This document shows positions 18,917-27,529 of a DNA stretch of 64,000 nucleotides, one piece after another. Origin of the DNA: a virus. The stretch lies in IMG/VR virus record IMGVR_UViG_3300037826_000057, positions 13,054 through 77,053 of that record; one strand, given 5' to 3'. Numbering within the stretch: position 1 is the stretch's first letter; each line of letters opens with the position of its first letter. Below the pieces are notes generated by a model that worked only from the letters and a program-made list of their open reading frames with translations, did not search any database and had not been told where the DNA came from. Made by a program: the position numbers and the translations under genes.

Positions 18917-19504
18917 ATGTCCTATTGGTATTTTAATTTGAGTAAGTTCAACGTTGAATTGCCGGAGCGTTATCAAGAGGCAGGCTTCTCTATTAAGAGA
19001 GTTTCACACCACCAATGGTATAACGATACTTTCCTAATAGGGAAGAAGAATTCAGGTGTTCAAGGGTGCCTGGCTCCGTTCCCAGGCACCTGTGGTACAG
19101 GTGTTGCATTCAAGGTTAGGGGGGATAGAAATCAAATTGACGAAGTATTGGCGGTAATTGAGTGTGTAGCGGCTCAAATGAAGTTTAGTAGTCTGATGTA
19201 TTCTACTACACTTCGACCAGCATATTACGATCTTCGCAAGGTGCTTGAAGAGAGGGGGTATGTAAAAGAAGTATCCCGTCGGAACCGTAGGTATTCGCGC
19301 AAAGGTAGACCAGTAGTGTTTTATACAAAGTATGGACTTCACCCCATATACGGAACCACCAGAGAAGAAGAAGCGGAGTACCATCAAACGGGATATAAAC
19401 AGGAATATTTAAGGATGCATTTAGAGACCGCTCTCGCAGCGGTGCAAAATGCAGATAAAGAGTTAGCAATCAGTACGTTAGAAAATTTATTAAAGGAGGT
19501 ATAA
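18917..19504 (+). CDS. Hypothetical protein, possible GNAT-like fold
   Basis: AGGAGG RBS; PFPGTCG and LRKVLEERGY pattern. Confidence 0.5.
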   Translation: MSYWYFNLSKFNVELPERYQEAGFSIKRVSHHQWYNDTFLIGKKNSGVQGCLAPFPGTCGTGVAFKVRGDRNQIDEVLAVIECVAAQMKFSSLMYSTTLRPAYYDLRKVLEERGYVKEVSRRNRRYSRKGRPVVFYTKYGLHPIYGTTREEEAEYHQTGYKQEYLRMHLETALAAVQNADKELAISTLENLLKEV

Positions 19505-19505
19505 T

Positions 19506-19925
19506 ATGTCAGTACCGTATACCGTACTAGTTGCACTGGTAATCGTAAGTAGCGTGTGGGTTGGGATCCCAGTAGTCGAAAACAACTGGGATCACGTCCA
19601 AGAGAGAAACCACACCGACGCTTACGAACTTAAGCAAGATTTCCTAACCGGGAATCTTTCAGAGTACGAAGTATGGTACTCTTTGAAAAAGGGTACTGTA
19701 TTAGTACTGGCAAGGACGGATAATGGTTTGTTCTTGGGTGTAATAGTGAGAATCTTTGAGTTCCGAAATGGTAGCCTGCGTGTACTCGATTCTGATACTG
19801 GGTATGTATGCACCGCTATGGTGCACCCGTATGGATATTGGAGGTACATACAGAAGCGAGATTCTTATGCACCAATGATACTGGGTTCGCCAATGTACCA
19901 CCTACTGTTTAGGTGGTTTGAATAG
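19506..19925 (+). CDS. Membrane-anchored or secreted hypothetical protein
   Basis: Hydrophobic N-terminus; AAGGAGG RBS. Confidence 0.65.
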   Translation: MSVPYTVLVALVIVSSVWVGIPVVENNWDHVQERNHTDAYELKQDFLTGNLSEYEVWYSLKKGTVLVLARTDNGLFLGVIVRIFEFRNGSLRVLDSDTGYVCTAMVHPYGYWRYIQKRDSYAPMILGSPMYHLLFRWFE

Positions 19926-19933
19926 TGTGTTGT

Positions 19934-20018
19934 GCCGGTGTGGTGGAATCTGGTAGACACCGGGGACTTAAAATCCCCTGATCGCAAGGTCGTGAGGGTT
20001 CGACTCCCTCCACCGGCA
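19934..20018 (+). tRNA. tRNA-Leu (TAA), CCA not encoded
   Basis: GCCGGTG/CACCGGC acceptor, GGGGA-CTTAAAA-TCCCC anticodon arm, long variable arm, GTTCGACTC. Confidence 0.92.
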
Positions 20019-20029
20019 CTTGTTTAAAA

Positions 20030-20103
20030 GCCCTGGTAGCTCAATTGGATAGAGCACCGGACTTCTAATCCGGTGGTTGCTGGTTCAAATCCAGCCCAGG
20101 GTA
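20030..20103 (+). tRNA. tRNA-Arg (TCT), CCA not encoded
   Basis: GCCCTGG/CCAGGGT acceptor, CCGGA-CTTCTAA-TCCGG arm, GTTCAAATC. Confidence 0.92.
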
Positions 20104-20134
20104 TCGTAGGATTTTAATAATTAAAGGAGGTATC

Positions 20135-20440
20135 ATGGTCATATTTGGGCCTAAAAATAAAGAACAACAGGTTTTCCGAGTAGAGCGGGTTCAGCCACCG
20201 GAACCGCCAGTACCTGAGGAAGTTGAACGTGAAATAGGTGAGGGTGGGGTAGGTGAGGGTGTGGTGGGTGAGGGTAGGGCGGGTGAATTTGAACCACCTG
20301 AGCGTCAACCTGCTCAATTTGATGGTGCGCCGGAAGTGTCTCTCCGAGAACCAGACAACCTGGAAAATTGGAGAGAAATAACATTTGGTAGTTTCAATTT
20401 CTGGGTGAAAGAAGAGAATGAAGAGGTAGAAAATGAATAA
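20135..20440 (+). CDS. Acidic low-complexity protein
   Basis: AAGGAGG RBS; (V/I)GEGx repeats. Confidence 0.6.
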   Translation: MVIFGPKNKEQQVFRVERVQPPEPPVPEEVEREIGEGGVGEGVVGEGRAGEFEPPERQPAQFDGAPEVSLREPDNLENWREITFGSFNFWVKEENEEVENE

Positions 20441-20696
20441 AATACTGTACTTTACGATGTTATGGTTTTTGCTGGGGTTGATACCTAGTGTATCCACCGC
20501 ATTACACATATATTGTCTCTTGGAATATGAAACCGTGAAAGATATTATTACATGGGGTAGACTAATTTTCTTTTTCCTATGCCTACCTTCCAACCTAGTT
20601 GTATTATTGACAATTCTCTTATTATTCTTGGTGCAGAGAATTGGAAGAATTGTCAAAGATGTTGAAAGCTGGTTTAGCCAGCCAATTTTCAAATAA
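20433..20696 (+). CDS. Small membrane protein (two hydrophobic segments)
   Basis: Hydrophobic stretches; GAGG RBS. Confidence 0.6.
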   Translation: MNKILYFTMLWFLLGLIPSVSTALHIYCLLEYETVKDIITWGRLIFFFLCLPSNLVVLLTILLLFLVQRIGRIVKDVESWFSQPIFK

Positions 20697-21024
20697 TCTG
20701 GTAAAAGAATCGCGCAGTTACGCAAAACCCTCACCTCATGCAGCATGTGCTTCATGGCATGTGCATGCATGAGGTGGGAATGTTATAATAAGGTAAAGAT
20801 ATTTAGAGCTTGCGTAACGAACCAAAAAATTTTTACCAGCTCTCCCAAGCCTGGTAGACTACCTTCTTTTATATAACGCGCATGCGCGCGCATGTGCATG
20901 TACAGTATAAGGTAGATTAACTACGGGGTAGGTTAATTAGAAGGTAACTTAATCTTGGTTAATACCGAATTTCATTTAGTCACAATCAATCAACCAAGAC
21001 TTTTAGCTGGTTTTTTAAACCCCC

Positions 21025-21053
21025 TTGACACGGTAAGTCTAGTGTGTTATAGT
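21025..21053 (+). promoter_or_regulatory. Sigma70-type promoter (class A)
   Basis: TTGACA-17-TATAGT; 21006-21038 matches 18205-18237 (minus strand) at 32 of 33 nt. Confidence 0.82.
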
Positions 21054-21120
21054 AAAAGCGTCGAACAAGGCAGGCCGAGAGGCTAAAAAATTATTTACCA
21101 GACCTAAAGGAGGTCACAGA

Positions 21121-21513
21121 ATGAACGTTAAACTAGTTATGAACCAAGATTCAATTAAAAGCAGCGCGGTAAAGGTAAAAACGCAGACGGTCTTCATCAA
21201 TGGAGAAGAGAACGAGTTCGCGTCTTTCGTAGATACCGCGTACATCCCTCATGGGGTGTACGAGGAATTAGAGAAAGACCCTGAGGAATCAGTGGTTTTG
21301 ACCTTTACCGACGAAGAGCCAGAAGACAACCTTCTTTACCAGGAGATGGTCGAAGAGAGGGAAACCAAGAACACCCGAGTTTTGAACCACAACACCATCT
21401 ATTTAGATGGTGAGGCTCTCTCAAGTCTGGCGGTTGGTATTAGAGGTATCTATGTGCAAAAAGACTCTTTCGACAAGGCATTTGATGGTGACCTCTGGTT
21501 AGCCATTTCCTAG
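21121..21513 (+). CDS. Hypothetical acidic protein
   Basis: AAGGAGG RBS; followed by a hairpin. Confidence 0.72.
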   Translation: MNVKLVMNQDSIKSSAVKVKTQTVFINGEENEFASFVDTAYIPHGVYEELEKDPEESVVLTFTDEEPEDNLLYQEMVEERETKNTRVLNHNTIYLDGEALSSLAVGIRGIYVQKDSFDKAFDGDLWLAIS

Positions 21514-21517
21514 TAGT

Positions 21518-21578
21518 TTAAACCCAAACCCTGGGCACAACCGGGTAAGTTGTGCCTGGGAGTTTGGGTTTAAGCTTT
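21518..21578 (+). terminator. Long hairpin, probable terminator
   Basis: TTAAACCCAAAC...GGGCACAAC / GTTGTGCCT...GTTTGGGTTTAA. Confidence 0.6.
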
Positions 21579-21601
21579 TAAGTATGATATGAGGAGGTAA
21601 A

Positions 21602-22042
21602 ATGGCTAGAGAACGCGGTAAGGACAACATATTCACAGAGAAAGACCTGTGTCTGGTGATTCATCGGGCGGAACGCACCGCCTACGTAGTAGGTGGGCGC
21701 GGTCAGGCAGAGAAGGTAGTAGACATGCTCGGTAAAGATGAATGTTTGAAATTCACCTGGAGAGGTGATGAACAATACTTTAAGCCACTGTTATACCGCT
21801 CCAGCCGGCGCTTATCTGCGGGTATAAGTTCGGATAACAAAATGGTTGATTCTGTGGTGATTATGTTCAACGAATCTAAATTTGACATCCGGTTTGTGAA
21901 ACCGGGTGTACAAGGGGTAGAAAAGAGAATACCTACGACTGGTAAGGAGGAAGCCTTTCGCGACTTACCAACAGGTGTTTCAGTGAAGGAGTATCTTAAG
22001 AAACGATATAACGGTCAGGTAGACGCTTGGCCGGTAGAGTAG
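21602..22042 (+). CDS. Hypothetical protein
   Basis: GAGGAGG RBS. Confidence 0.7.
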   Translation: MARERGKDNIFTEKDLCLVIHRAERTAYVVGGRGQAEKVVDMLGKDECLKFTWRGDEQYFKPLLYRSSRRLSAGISSDNKMVDSVVIMFNESKFDIRFVKPGVQGVEKRIPTTGKEEAFRDLPTGVSVKEYLKKRYNGQVDAWPVE

Positions 22043-22051
22043 GGAGGTAGA

Positions 22052-22432
22052 ATGAACCAGGGAAAGAAGTTACGTAAAGCTTTTAAAGTATTGTATCAAG
22101 GTAACTGGATTAGAGGTTTGGATGACGGCGAGGACGTCCGGGTCTCGGTAATGACAATCATTCAAACTTCTTATTTAAGGTCTAACGCGACCCGGAACAA
22201 GAAGACCATCGCGGAGGATGTCGCTAACCTGTTATCATTTAGTTGTCGCGGTCTCTCTTTAGTGGGGGAGATAGAAGTGGAAAGTGATCTTACCCAACGC
22301 GAGAAAGGTGTTGGGTATACGGGGAAGACCTACTATGTACGGTTGCGTACCCGGGGTATGCGCAACTGGGACTTCGGTCGAGTTTTTGCGGTGAGGACAC
22401 GTTCTAACCTTACGCAGATGACCTGGCTATAG
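22052..22432 (+). CDS. Hypothetical protein
   Basis: GGGAGG RBS. Confidence 0.7.
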   Translation: MNQGKKLRKAFKVLYQGNWIRGLDDGEDVRVSVMTIIQTSYLRSNATRNKKTIAEDVANLLSFSCRGLSLVGEIEVESDLTQREKGVGYTGKTYYVRLRTRGMRNWDFGRVFAVRTRSNLTQMTWL

Positions 22433-22470
22433 TCTGGGGTAAGTTTCTCTCTTAACCAAAGGAGGTAGAA

Positions 22471-22923
22471 ATGAACGAGCAAAAATATCTGAGTGACGAA
22501 ACAATTGACCGTTTGCGTAACCTGCATAATGTCAACCGTCTTGAGGTTCAAGACTGGGGAGATATTTCCCTAGTCTTGGGGTATGAAATTAAGTCTGACC
22601 AGGCTTATGTCGTTAAGATTGATGAAATTGAAGGTGTGTTCGTTTTGCTGCCTAAAACCTTCTTAGAGGAGTTCAGCCGCAATGATGAAATTGAAGTTTG
22701 CGGGTATTACCTCTGGGAGCGGTGGGGTAGTAAACGGTTTATGCTTGGGCCTAAAGAGCATATGGGTTCAATTAATAAAATAGCACGGTGTCATTCTTGG
22801 ACAGTCGAACTTGACAAGCACCGTGTTCGCCACAGTACCCGTGATATATCTGAAATCAAGTGCGAAGTTGATACCGCACGTGAGTATGAACGTCGCATTA
22901 CCGTAAGAATCGAAAAGATTTAA
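22471..22923 (+). CDS. Hypothetical protein
   Basis: AAGGAGG RBS. Confidence 0.7.
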   Translation: MNEQKYLSDETIDRLRNLHNVNRLEVQDWGDISLVLGYEIKSDQAYVVKIDEIEGVFVLLPKTFLEEFSRNDEIEVCGYYLWERWGSKRFMLGPKEHMGSINKIARCHSWTVELDKHRVRHSTRDISEIKCEVDTAREYERRITVRIEKI

Positions 22924-22981
22924 TATTCTGACTTTAATATTCTAACCCCACTCTTAATCGAGTGGGGTTAAGGAGGTAGAA

Positions 22982-23362
22982 ATGAATGAGGTAGAACGAG
23001 CCAAGAACAAATTTCTCAAGAGGGTAAACAAATACACCGCGGGAATTTTCGAGTTTGAGAGTTCGGTCCAACTGGCGAGAGCGACAAGAACCCGGTTGGA
23101 TAAAACTAGGGAAATAACGCATTATGGTGTCACATTGGAGGCTGTCAAACTTGACGGTAGTACATATGCTTACCGTTGTCTGTGTGACGGTAAACGCACC
23201 GGTTGGCAGGTTGACAATGCTCGTTGGTTGCTAGACTTTTTCACCCGGTGCATTTACAGGGTGGAAGAGGAGAGAAAAACCTTCGACATGGTAGGTTTCC
23301 GGAAGGTTCCGGAATGGGAAAATATTCTTGGGATTTCTTACCAGGATTTGATTAGCTCTTAG
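22982..23362 (+). CDS. Hypothetical protein
   Basis: AAGGAGG RBS preceded by the hairpin TAACCCCACTC/GAGTGGGGTTA. Confidence 0.7.
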   Translation: MNEVERAKNKFLKRVNKYTAGIFEFESSVQLARATRTRLDKTREITHYGVTLEAVKLDGSTYAYRCLCDGKRTGWQVDNARWLLDFFTRCIYRVEEERKTFDMVGFRKVPEWENILGISYQDLISS

Positions 23363-23377
23363 CAGGGAGGTATAAGG

Positions 23378-23983
23378 ATGAAGAAGGTATGCACGAAGCA
23401 GGTCTGTTACTCAGACATTTTGGAATCCCTTTACACCAAGCCGGGTTCGCCCGGTGAGGAGGTGGGGATTTACTCAGACTTTCTACCTGGAAGTTTGGGT
23501 ACTCTAATCCTCGGCGAAGAAACCGAGGAAGAGTGGCTTGACCAGCACTTTGAAAATACCGTAGCCTGGGAATTGGAGAATGCAGGTTACACCGTGGTAG
23601 GTGAAGTTAATGGAAAACCATGGGATGAATTGTTTTACGTAAACGACCGGATTGAGGAATCTTTACAAGGGCGCGAGGTTAGAATCAGACGGGTATATGC
23701 AAGTGATGGGTTGTATACTCGTCATATTTGGGTGTTTTTGTGGGACAGTATTGCAAATCGGTGGTTAACCTCTAGACAACTCATTCAACCGGTTGGGCCT
23801 TGCTTGGAGTTTTCCACCTCTTCAGAGGTGGAAAAGTATTACGGGTATGAAACGGATGGTTGGTGCCCCTGCAACCATTGTCGGATGAAGGAAGACCTGG
23901 TAGAATGGACAAGTAATGTATTCTACCAAATTAGTTTTACCCACATTGAATGGAGTGAAGCAGGTGAAATTAAACCATATTAA
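23378..23983 (+). CDS. Hypothetical protein
   Basis: GGGAGG RBS; CPCNHC motif. Confidence 0.7.
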   Translation: MKKVCTKQVCYSDILESLYTKPGSPGEEVGIYSDFLPGSLGTLILGEETEEEWLDQHFENTVAWELENAGYTVVGEVNGKPWDELFYVNDRIEESLQGREVRIRRVYASDGLYTRHIWVFLWDSIANRWLTSRQLIQPVGPCLEFSTSSEVEKYYGYETDGWCPCNHCRMKEDLVEWTSNVFYQISFTHIEWSEAGEIKPY

Positions 23984-24014
23984 AAATAGTTTAAGGTGAA
24001 AATAGGAGGTAAAA

Positions 24015-24365
24015 ATGAAACCAACTTTGGAAGACGTTGCTGGGGGTATACTAATATTCTTGATTATTGGTGTACCCTGTATTATTTTTTTAGACGCTTG
24101 GATACCAAAACACGGTACTCAGGAAGTAGCGGTTCTCAAAAAGATAGTAGTACCCAAAGACAATATTGAGTTTAAGGTTGAGGTTGGTGGTGAGTTAAAA
24201 ACGGTATATTCGTGGTCTCGGTCTAGGTGTGTTTACTTTTTTGAACATAGGGGCCGGGTGCTGCGAGTAGTCGCGCCAGACCATTATATAAGAAATAGAA
24301 TTACCGTAAGCTACAAAATCTCGAAAATATGGGGTGCTTACGAGTATAGGTTGGTAATTAAATAA
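24015..24365 (+). CDS. Membrane-anchored hypothetical protein
   Basis: AGGAGG RBS; N-terminal hydrophobic helix. Confidence 0.7.
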   Translation: MKPTLEDVAGGILIFLIIGVPCIIFLDAWIPKHGTQEVAVLKKIVVPKDNIEFKVEVGGELKTVYSWSRSRCVYFFEHRGRVLRVVAPDHYIRNRITVSYKISKIWGAYEYRLVIK

Positions 24366-24382
24366 ATAGAAGCAGCAGTATC

Positions 24383-24419
24383 AATAACTCCAGGTATAAA
24401 AGCCTGGAGTTTATTTTTT
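24383..24419 (+). terminator. Intrinsic terminator
   Basis: AACTCCAGG...CCTGGAGTT followed by TATTTTTT. Confidence 0.75.
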
Positions 24420-24467
24420 GCCGAGTGTAAGGTATATAACCAAAGCGTTATAACCACCAGTAATAAT

Positions 24468-24562
24468 ATTTCGGTGTTAAATTGAAAGTATCTCGGTGCT
24501 AAAATCTAAAAGTTTCGGTGCTAAAATTCTAATATCTCGGTATTAAAATTCTGGTATCCCGG
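24468..24562. repeat. Degenerate tandem repeat, about 21-22 bp unit (TCTCGGTGCTAAAATT core), 4-5 copies
   Basis: TCGGTGTTAAA, TCGGTGCTAAAA (twice), TCGGTATTAAAA. Confidence 0.7.
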
Positions 24563-24629
24563 CCCCGAAAAGAGAGTAAAAACCACCTAAAAACCCACCT
24601 AATATAGTAATTAAGTTACCAATAACACA

Positions 24630-24895
24630 GGATAAGATGGTAGTAAGTAATAGTAAGTATAAAACAGTGGTGGTATAAAGTGGTGGTATAGAAAGGTATG
24701 CGGTATAGATAGGTGATTATGGTATAGATATAGAGTGGGGTTATGGTATAAGATGGTGGTATAGGATGGGGGTGAAGCGGTCGGTATAGGATGGTGGTTA
24801 TGGGGTATCAGGTCAACAACCTTACACATACATACCCACAAGTACATACCCACAAGTATGCACCAACACCCCACACCACCATACCAAACTACCTG
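24630..24895. repeat. G-rich GGTATAG tract followed by a C/A-rich tract
   Basis: 24630-24810 has very few C; 24815-24895 has very few G. Confidence 0.7.
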
Positions 24896-25124
24896 GTAAG
24901 CACATCGCGCAGTTACACGCACACCGAGCCTAGATATTTACCATATTTATAGTTACTGTGGCACTGGTGGGTGCAACCTTCTTGCTAAAACCTCCTATAG
25001 AAACCAGATTCTCCTCTAGCGCAAACCAGATTCTCTGGTAACGCACCCCTGCGCTTACACGTGTATATACCGGTTGAATACCTACTCCACGTTAGGTGCT
25101 AGGTATAAATAAATAGGTGGAAGC

Positions 25125-25272
25125 GGGTTGGTACTGGGAAATTGGTACTAAGGAGTTGGTACTGAGGAGTTGGTACTGGCCTGATAACGAAAATACGTGC
25201 GGAGACCAGTATATATCTAAACCAGTATATATGAAGACCAGTATATATGAAGACCAGTATATATAGAGACCG
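25125..25272. repeat. Short tandem repeats (TTGGTACT x4; ACCAGTATATAT x4)
   Basis: Read directly from the sequence. Confidence 0.7.
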
Positions 25273-25520
25273 TAGTGAGGCCCTACCTACAGAGTAATAA
25301 CCTAATACAGACATTCTAATCAGGTATATATAATTGTGCATAGATTTTAATTGTGCATAAGTTGGGATTTTATCTGAGTAATGAACCTACCTCTTTTGGG
25401 TAATGAACCTACCCCCTATCCTGGCGATAAGCCTTTTTATATACACGTGTGCGCATGTGCTAAACTGACGCATGATCCTGGCATGTGTGTTGCCTAACGC
25501 CAGTACACTCTCCAGTACAC

Positions 25521-25548
25521 TTGACAATGCGTCAGCATGTGCTATAAT
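25521..25548 (+). promoter_or_regulatory. Sigma70-type promoter (class B)
   Basis: TTGACA-16-TATAAT with extended TG. Confidence 0.8.
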
Positions 25549-25554
25549 AACGCT

Positions 25555-25641
25555 ATGTTAAAGAAAAGCCCACTCCGAAGCAGAAACCGGCGGTCTCTTG
25601 TCCGCCAAGTAGGAGACCGGGCCAAGATAACCGGGAGGTGA
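25555..25641 (+). CDS. Candidate leaderless 28-aa basic peptide
   Basis: ATG 6 nt after TATAAT; MLKKSPLRSRNRRSLVRQVGDRAKITGR*; TGATG-coupled to a 16-aa ORF. Confidence 0.3.
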   Translation: MLKKSPLRSRNRRSLVRQVGDRAKITGR

Positions 25642-25730
25642 TGATTAAAGATGCTACGTTGGTCGTAACACAATTTAGTATTCTAGGGTAAGTTGCGGGG
25701 GAAGTCCCCATTTAACAAGGAGAAACCAGA

Positions 25731-25919
25731 GTGAAACTCGTTAATGAAGGAAAAGAAATTTCAATTTCACAGGTAACCTTAGACTTCATCTACCACTCAC
25801 TGGTAGTACAGTCCGAGGTAGAAGAAAATTCAATGTTACCCGACGATGTTGTTCGTCAGGAAATGTTGGAGGTAGCCGATTTAATTAGGGAAGTCTTAGT
25901 TGAGGAGAAACCAAAGTGA
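25731..25919 (+). CDS. Hypothetical acidic protein
   Basis: AAGGAG RBS, GTG start. Confidence 0.65.
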   Translation: MKLVNEGKEISISQVTLDFIYHSLVVQSEVEENSMLPDDVVRQEMLEVADLIREVLVEEKPK

Positions 25920-26044
25920 GGATTCACATTCGAATAGAAGAAACCCACGCGCAGGAATTGGAAGAAAAAGATAGAAACCGAGCGAGAAGGTTACGCTCAG
26001 AAAGAAGAAAGCGTCAAGCGGTTAAGAAAGGAGAAAGTAAATAA
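25916..26044 (+). CDS. Small basic 42-aa protein (not in the ORF track)
   Basis: GAGGAG RBS; GTGA and TAATG overlaps; MRIHIRIEETHAQELEEKDRNRARRLRSERRKRQAVKKGESK*. Confidence 0.55.
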   Translation: MRIHIRIEETHAQELEEKDRNRARRLRSERRKRQAVKKGESK

Positions 26045-26340
26045 TGTATTGCCAAATGTGTAACAAGACCGGTCCCGGTGTAGAAGTGAGAAAAAAGCAC
26101 CGGCGTGCGCTATGCATTAAATGTGCAATGCAAACACCAAGAAAGGTAAGTAAACAGGAATTCTTGGAAGTAATGTGGGGTGAGCATCTAAGTGAGGTGC
26201 CTTCTCACATTAAACGGGAATTCTATCAGGATTATATGCTTAGCCAGAATACCCTGGTTAAGTATATCCTGTATTCCTGCTCAGATGTTCATACCGAACA
26301 ACAAGCATACCGGCGGATTGTAGATAGGATTGAGGTGTAA
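26044..26340 (+). CDS. Zinc-finger hypothetical protein
   Basis: CQMC...CIKC; AAGGAG RBS. Confidence 0.68.
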   Translation: MYCQMCNKTGPGVEVRKKHRRALCIKCAMQTPRKVSKQEFLEVMWGEHLSEVPSHIKREFYQDYMLSQNTLVKYILYSCSDVHTEQQAYRRIVDRIEV

Positions 26341-26374
26341 CCGTAAAAATTTTTCGCGGTTACACGTAGGAATT

Positions 26375-26414
26375 AGAGGGTAAGTAGTTAATTCTACTTG
26401 CCCTTTTTTATTTT
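26375..26414 (+). terminator. Intrinsic terminator
   Basis: AGGGTAAGTAG...CTACTTGCCCT followed by a T-tract. Confidence 0.75.
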
Positions 26415-26451
26415 GCCGACCGGAAAAGCCTAATAACGAACCTAGTACTTA

Positions 26452-26622
26452 CTCTGGTATAATCCTGCTTTAGTATAATCCTGCTCTGGTGTAACTCTTC
26501 TTGGTATAACTCTTCTTGATATAATCTTACTCTGGTGTAATTCTTCTCGGTATAACTCTTTTTGGTATAATAATACTGTTAGTATAATAATATTACTAGT
26601 ATAATAATGCTATTAACATAAT
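26452..26622 (+). repeat. Eleven tandem 15-17 bp units, each with a TATAAT-like hexamer
   Basis: Hexamers at 26458, 26474, 26490, 26505, 26520, 26536, 26551, 26566, 26583, 26600 and 26617. Confidence 0.8.
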
Positions 26623-26691
26623 AATGAACCTTACATGCGCGTGCGCGTGTGCTTGTAATATAGGATGGACAATCGACTATTTGACGCCAGC

Positions 26692-26719
26692 TTGACAATG
26701 CCACAGAACATGCTATAAT
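26692..26719 (+). promoter_or_regulatory. Sigma70-type promoter (class B)
   Basis: TTGACA-16-TATAAT with extended TG; shares TTGACAATGC and TGCTATAATA with the 25521 promoter. Confidence 0.8.
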
Positions 26720-26770
26720 AGGCTTGCGTTAAGGAAAGATTTAGTAAGAAGAATTAACCAGGAGGTTAGC

Positions 26771-26980
26771 ATGATTCGGTCAGATGTTCATACAACCGGT
26801 AGCATAGAGCACAACGAAATCATTCTCACGCGCGGTATGGATTGTTATGCCGCACTCACAACCTCCCGGGAATATAACCGGGAGATGCAAATGTACCATC
26901 GGCATTTCATTCTTCTGGTTGAGGGATATGACGACGACATTCCTCAACCAGATTGGAATGCTGATTACCAGGGGGTATAA
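26771..26980 (+). CDS. Hypothetical protein
   Basis: AGGAGG RBS. Confidence 0.68.
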   Translation: MIRSDVHTTGSIEHNEIILTRGMDCYAALTTSREYNREMQMYHRHFILLVEGYDDDIPQPDWNADYQGV

Positions 26981-26981
26981 G

Positions 26982-27203
26982 ATGCAGGTCAAGATTGAGA
27001 TAAACGGATACGGGCCTCTGGTCAATGATCTGGCCGAGGTATTAAAGCGGGACTTACAAAAGTCCATAGAAACGTATTATACGGTCAGGAAAGAATTCGA
27101 TGAATACCTCGCGCAAGAATGCGCAGAGGTTAGTATTGAAAGCACGGTAAGACTGAATGACGGTCTTACTGGTGCTCAGGCAAATATCGAGATAGTTGAG
27201 TAG
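26982..27203 (+). CDS. Hypothetical protein (MQVKIEING...)
   Basis: AGGGGG RBS; start reassigned from 26847. Confidence 0.62.
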   Translation: MQVKIEINGYGPLVNDLAEVLKRDLQKSIETYYTVRKEFDEYLAQECAEVSIESTVRLNDGLTGAQANIEIVE

Positions 27204-27212
27204 GGAGGTATA

Positions 27213-27482
27213 ATGTACAAGTTGTTCAAGCTTACACAGGAAAAGATTTTCCAGGTTGAAGACCGCAAGGTTAAGATGTATATAAGTAAGAACCGTGAGA
27301 CGGTTAAGGTAACGTTAACGGATATGCAAGGCCGGGTACTTGCTACCCGGCACTTCTCCAGGGGTTGGCGACCTCGGCATTGGAACCTGACCACCTGTAA
27401 GGGCGGTTGGGATGCTGAGTTGAGTTATACCGTGGGGCGTGGAGCAGGGATCCACCGGTCAAGTATGTTTTTAGATTTGTAG
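27213..27482 (+). CDS. Hypothetical protein
   Basis: GGGAGG RBS. Confidence 0.68.
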   Translation: MYKLFKLTQEKIFQVEDRKVKMYISKNRETVKVTLTDMQGRVLATRHFSRGWRPRHWNLTTCKGGWDAELSYTVGRGAGIHRSSMFLDL

Positions 27483-27499
27483 GTAGGAGGTAAAAAATC

Positions 27500-27529
27500 G
27501 AGAGGGTGAAATTCCCTCTCTTTTATTTT
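27500..27529 (+). terminator. Intrinsic terminator
   Basis: GAGAGGG-TGAAATT-CCCTCTC followed by TTTTATTTT. Confidence 0.75.

Noticed and set aside
24611-25341. ORFs 24611-24922 and 25099-25341 on the minus strand
   Set aside because: Low-complexity translations of repeat DNA with no RBS.
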